A DNA stretch of 64,000 nucleotides, taken from positions 3,660 to 67,659 of the forward strand of contig NW_018406969.1 in the NCBI RefSeq assembly GCF_002113885.1, written 5' to 3'. This stretch comes from Mizuhopecten yessoensis. Lineage: Eukaryota. The notes beneath the pieces were generated by a model. It worked only from the letters and a program-made list of their open reading frames with translations, was not told the DNA's origin and did no database searches. Position 1 is the first letter of the stretch. The number at the start of each line of letters is the position of its first letter. Shown in pieces: positions 59,401 through 64,000 of the stretch. The position numbers and the translations under genes are program-made.

Positions 59401-62400
59401 AATCACACCAGCAGTGAATCCTTCAGTTAGAAAGTTATTTTATTATTAAATTGTGATCTGCCAAAACTAAAGCTAAAAACTTGGACTTTATGCCCCATTC
59501 ATTTCATGGTGGGCATATATGATGTTACCCATGACTGTCCTGTCCTCATTGATGCAGTGCCATCACTCTAGCGACTTCATTATCAAATTTAATGAAGCTT
59601 TATTCAAGGCTGAAAACCTCAAATGAGGTATTTAGGGTATTTTAGGGCTCCAAGGTTAAGGAAAATAATCTTGAGACCAACCAATAGAATACCTATCTCG
59701 ATTGGGTTAGTACACATCACGGTTACAAGGTCAAGGTCATCGTTACTACTACATAACATAAATTTGTCAAACAATGATGCTGATTATTGTGAGAGCATGA
59801 TTGGCATTCATGTCTTATGAACAAACCTTTTGTCATGTAGATTTCAGAATTTGAATGTTTTCTTTAATCATGTGGAATAAAAATGTCAAAACTCCACGAG
59901 AATGGGCCCAATTAAGATAGGTAATTAGTACTATTAGGAGAGTCAAAGTTACTCCCGATGTTTACTTGTGCTTGATTAAATTTCTTCACATCGACATTCA
60001 GAGCACTGGGCAGAAATTTCATTGAGTTGTTTGGCATGAGAATCTACTATAACTTGTGTTAGTTTAGACAACATCATGTCAATGTATAATTTTATTTTTT
60101 AGATTCATACAGCACCGGTACAACCCCAAATCACGGCCACACCAGTCATCCATGGCAGCACACCACTGTCACAGATAGGACTGGTCAGTTCACCGGTCAC
60201 TCACGCCCAGACAGGTATATATATTGTGAGTTAGGACTAGTCAGTTCACCTGTCACTCAGGCTCAGACAGATATCTATATTGTGAGTTATAATTAGGACT
60301 GGTCAGTTCACCGGTCAATCAGGCTTAGATAGGTACCTATATTGTTAGTTAGGACTAGTCAGTTCACCTGTCACTCAGGCTCTGACAGATATCTATATTG
60401 TGAGTTAGGACTGGTCTGGTCAGTTCACTGGTCACTCGGGCCCAGATAGGTATCTTCATTGTGCATTAGGACTGGTCAGTTCACAAATCATTCAGGCCAA
60501 GACAGGTATCTATATTGTGAGCAAGGACTGGTCAGTTTACAGGTCACTCAGGCTCAGACAAATATCTATATTGTGAGTTAAGACTGGTAAGTTTGGTGGT
60601 CACTCGGGCCCATATAGGTATCTTCATTGTGAGTTAGGACTGGTCAGTTCACCAATCATTCAGGCCCAGACAGGTATCAATATTGTGAGCAAGGACTGGT
60701 CAGTTTACAGGTCACTCAGGCTCAGACAAATATCTATATTGTGAGTTAAGACTGGTAAGTTTGGTGGTCACTCAGGCCCAGATAGGTATCTTCATTGTGA
60801 GATGGGACTGGTCAGTTCACCAATCATTCAGGCCCAGACAGGTACCTATATTTTTAGTTAGGACTGGTCAGTTAACCGGTCGTGAAGGCCAAGACAGGTA
60901 TATATTGTGAGTTAGGAATGGTCAGTTAACCGGTCACTCAGTCCTAGACTAATATCTACATTGAGAGTTAGGACTGGTCAGTTCACCGGTCACTCAGGTC
61001 CAGACCAGTACCTACATTGTGAGTTAGGACTGGTCAGTTCACCAGTCACTCAGGTCCAGACCAGTACCTACATTGTGAGTTAGGACTGGTTAGTTCACCG
61101 GTCACTTAGGCCCTTACAAGTATCTTCATTGGGAGTTATGACTGGTCAGTTCACCGGTCACTCAGGCCCAGACAAGTATCTACATTGTGAGTTAGGACAT
61201 GTCAGTTGAATGGTCGCTCAGGCCAAGACTGGTATCTAATTAGGACTGGTCAGTTCACTGGTCACCGGTCCCAGACAAGTATCTACATAGTGAGTTAGGA
61301 CTGGTCAGTTCACCGGTCACTGATCAGGCCCATACCAGTATCTACCTTGTGAGTTTGGACTGGTCAGTGCAATTGTCGCTTGGGCCAAGACTGGTATCTA
61401 TATTATGAGTTATGACTGGTCAGTTCACCGGGGGCTTGGGCCGAGATAGGTATCTATATTGTGAGTAAGGATAGGTCAGTTTGGTGGTCACTTAGGCCTG
61501 TACTTGCATGTTTATGAGTTATGGACTGGTCAGTTAGGTATTCACTGCAGAAAACCCACCTGATTGGGTAAGTGACCCATTTTATTTTCACATCTGATCA
61601 GGGCATCAAACCCTGGTTGTCTTGATGATGAATATGTGATTGCAGTATCCAGTGCTATTCTCTACTCCACCAATTGTGTGCATGTATTAGACATTTTTCA
61701 CATAACTGACCTATTTTACCATGTGCTCCTAATGCCCTTCTGATTTTCGAAAAAGTGATGATAGAAAAATAATGGAGAGAAAGAGATCAAGAAATATTTT
61801 GGAAATATGCATACATATGTATAGTTTGATATATATATGCTTTTAGTCAGCAGTTAAGTTTTACCCTTTAATTATTGCTAAAAAAGTGTTGTAATTCATC
61901 ACTGATAATTACATTTATATAGATGAATAATCTTGAAATCGTAGATTATATACTGTATATGTATAGGATGTGTTGAAGTTTACCGCCATGTACATATATA
62001 CATAAAATCACGGAACACCTTATGATAAAGTTATTCTTTATTACAGTTTCTTCACAGGCTTCGTCAATGCAGGCAACATTACTAAGTGATTCTGATGGGG
62101 ATGATATTCTGGGAAAAAAGAAAAATAAACGTGGAGTTTTACCAAAATCCGCTACACAGATCATGAAATCCTGGCTTTTTCAACACATAGTGGTAAGCTA
62201 AGGGCTGTTCCAGATAATTATGAGAGAGTGCAGGAAAATATGGAAAATAAAAGAGATCCTGCGATCGAAAATAAATAAATGTTTATCAATTGTACAGTGG
62301 GACGGACCCAGGACATAAACAATTTGGGCGGTAATCAGGGATTAATTTAGGTTTCAGAGGAAACTACCCTTTTTCAGATTTGGGGGAAATTAAAATTTTG

Positions 62401-63673
62401 ATACAAGGCTCTAGCGTCATGAAGATACAAGATAAACGTTTTGTCGGACATATCTGTGTGCATTATATTTCAATTGGTAAACAATTTTAAGCTTAAAATT
62501 GTAGAATTTTTGTTTAAATTATGTGAAGAAAATGTATATGCAGTATTATCCATTATAATTGTTGAACTTTAAAGAAAACATATAGGGGAAATATTTTGAA
62601 GAAAAACTGCTATTTTCTTGCTGAAATAGGGGAATTTTGAAGCACATAGGGGGAATTTCAAAGCACAAGGGATTTTTTTCTGTTGGGGGAAACTACCCAT
62701 AAATGGTAGTGAATCAAGTCTAGATCATCTTCGCTAGCCAAGTGTTAAAGCGAACACTTGGCTAGCGAAGATGAGTCTAAATTGATCCCAGGTAATTATG
62801 TGGTACAAAAATGTTTTTAATATCGAAATCAGCAACACAAATCATGAAATTCTGACTTTTATAACACAGTGGTAATTAAAAGGGCTATTCCAGATATTTA
62901 GGGAAACATTTATTATTAATAAATATATGAATATTAAGGTCTAGAATAGACGATTTGTAAGGGTCCCCTTACCGCTGCCAAAAAATGAAACTATGCATTT
63001 GATACTTACTTTTTGGCATGACTATAACTTGGATACATTATTTTGTTAAAGAAAAGTGTACCTTGCAGGAAATTTATAATAATTATAATGAAGATGAAAT
63101 AAACAAAATATAGTCAACAAACGTGTTCTGAGTGTAAAATATACTGCCGGGCCAGACCAGTAATCTGGCCCTGAACAAATTGTTATACCAATGCTTAAAC
63201 CGATCGAGCTACCTGGACAACGGAAGTGTACGGTCCCAAATGTGCTATAGTTACATCGAAGCAGAAGTTAAGGGGAGATAACTGTAGATAGGACAACCAC
63301 AGTGCGATAGGACGAGATCACTAACATCTGTATATATCGGTGATAAATCTACATTTATGCGAGTCCCGAGTCCTGTACTCAAAGAATTTTGATGGGACTC
63401 ACAGAATTTCTGGAAATAGTTAAATCTAACATTGTGGGACGATACATTTATATAGTTGGATCCAAGAAAGAATAATTGTGGATGGAAATTATGTGGCAGA
63501 TAATTGTGCCGAAGAACATAACAACAATCTTCAAACAAATTTTAATGGCTATTGGCATATTGATTGTGAAAATCATTCTTGTACATTGTTTTACAGCATC
63601 CGTACCCAACAGAAGATGAGAAAAGACAGATAGCTGCCCAGACAAACCTGACCCTGCTACAAGTTAATAACTG
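53492..63673 (+). CDS. PKNOX: TALE homeobox protein PKNOX/Prep, 3' end outside the window; exons 53492-53583, 54309-54371, 55500-55671, 58019-58390, 60103-60214, 62047-62192, 63597-63673
   Basis: MEINOX/HR1 [22 protein letters not shown]2 [34 protein letters not shown], and homeodomain [48 protein letters not shown] (Prep-type rather than Meis-type). Phases are consistent. The start codon (gccATG at 53492) is inferred from frame. Confidence 0.92.
56059..56933. repeat. 38-bp minisatellite, ~23 copies, in a PKNOX intron
   Basis: AACAACTCTGTCTATTGATGTAACAGTAGTGTATAGTG units starting at 56067, 56105, 56143 and onward. Confidence 0.95.
59080..59268 (+). mobile_element. SINE 3' fragment with L2/CR1-type tail (Deu/Nin-SINE-like)
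   Basis: TGTGAAGCGCTTTGAG...GCGCTATATCAAAT...(TAT)n tail. Family name is from memory. Confidence 0.45.
60176..61540. repeat. 56-bp minisatellite, ~24 copies, whose first unit spans a PKNOX exon/intron junction
   Basis: Unit TAGGACTGGTCAGTTCACCGGTCACTCAGGCCCAGACAG/GTATCTATATTGTGAGT. Confidence 0.95.
62726..62773. mobile_element. 48-bp copy of the same MITE
   Basis: CATCTTCGCTAGCCAAGTGTT aaagcg AACACTTGGCTAGCGAAGATG; flanks AGTCTAGAT / AGTCTAAAT. Confidence 0.7.
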
Positions 63674-64000
63674 GTAAAGTTACAGCATACTTGTTCTCCT
63701 TCCAGATATTGTTTCCATGTTTTACAGCCAAATACAGGCTGCTTACTTTAGCAAAAAATATGGAATATCATCCCAATTTCAATAAAAAATAGTGCTATAT
63801 ATCTTAATGATTCATAAAATAACAGGCTGTTGTAAAATTTAGATAGAAAAAACTCTGCCTTCATGGAGTAATATTTATCATCCCCTCGCAATGAAAGTTC
63901 AGGGGATATAGGATTCCGCCCGTATGTATGTTACACTCTTTGTCATCACTCTAGTGACTTAATTCCTCGATGAAACTTCATGCAAGTGTTTAGTATGACA

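Overview
Eukaryotic, AT-rich, intron-rich animal DNA. The repeat families and the intronless B-box/NHL gene suggest a bivalve mollusc (inference, not proven). Five protein-coding genes were reconstructed by hand with in-phase GT-AG junctions: an intronless RING-less B-box/coiled-coil/NHL-like TRIM gene (+, 923-2419), MRPL17 (+, 4 exons, with an unusual acidic repeat tail), PTPMT1 (-, 4 coding exons), ETFB (+, 6 exons, head-to-head with PTPMT1), and the TALE homeobox gene PKNOX/Prep (+, 7 coding exons, running off the window end). Most short ORFs in the supplied track are spurious. The non-coding space holds tRNA-derived SINEs, Helentron-like elements with internal satellites, several MITE families and minisatellites. 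The most notable observations are: (1) tiny non-coding LTR elements whose LTRs are built around a tRNA cloverleaf, with a PBS-like position and PPT (TRIM/Helenus-like); (2) repeated tandem duplications seeded exactly at exon boundaries in PKNOX, ETFB and PTPMT1, including a ~24 x 56-bp array of splice donors just upstream of the PKNOX homeodomain exons; (3) a minimal hammerhead-like motif with a U3-A8 core covariation; (4) a fold-back element flanked by a 29-bp direct repeat. Three N gaps (7788-7941, 16111-16660, 36970-37143) limit what can be seen. All coordinates were counted by eye, and TE family names are from memory rather than database searches.
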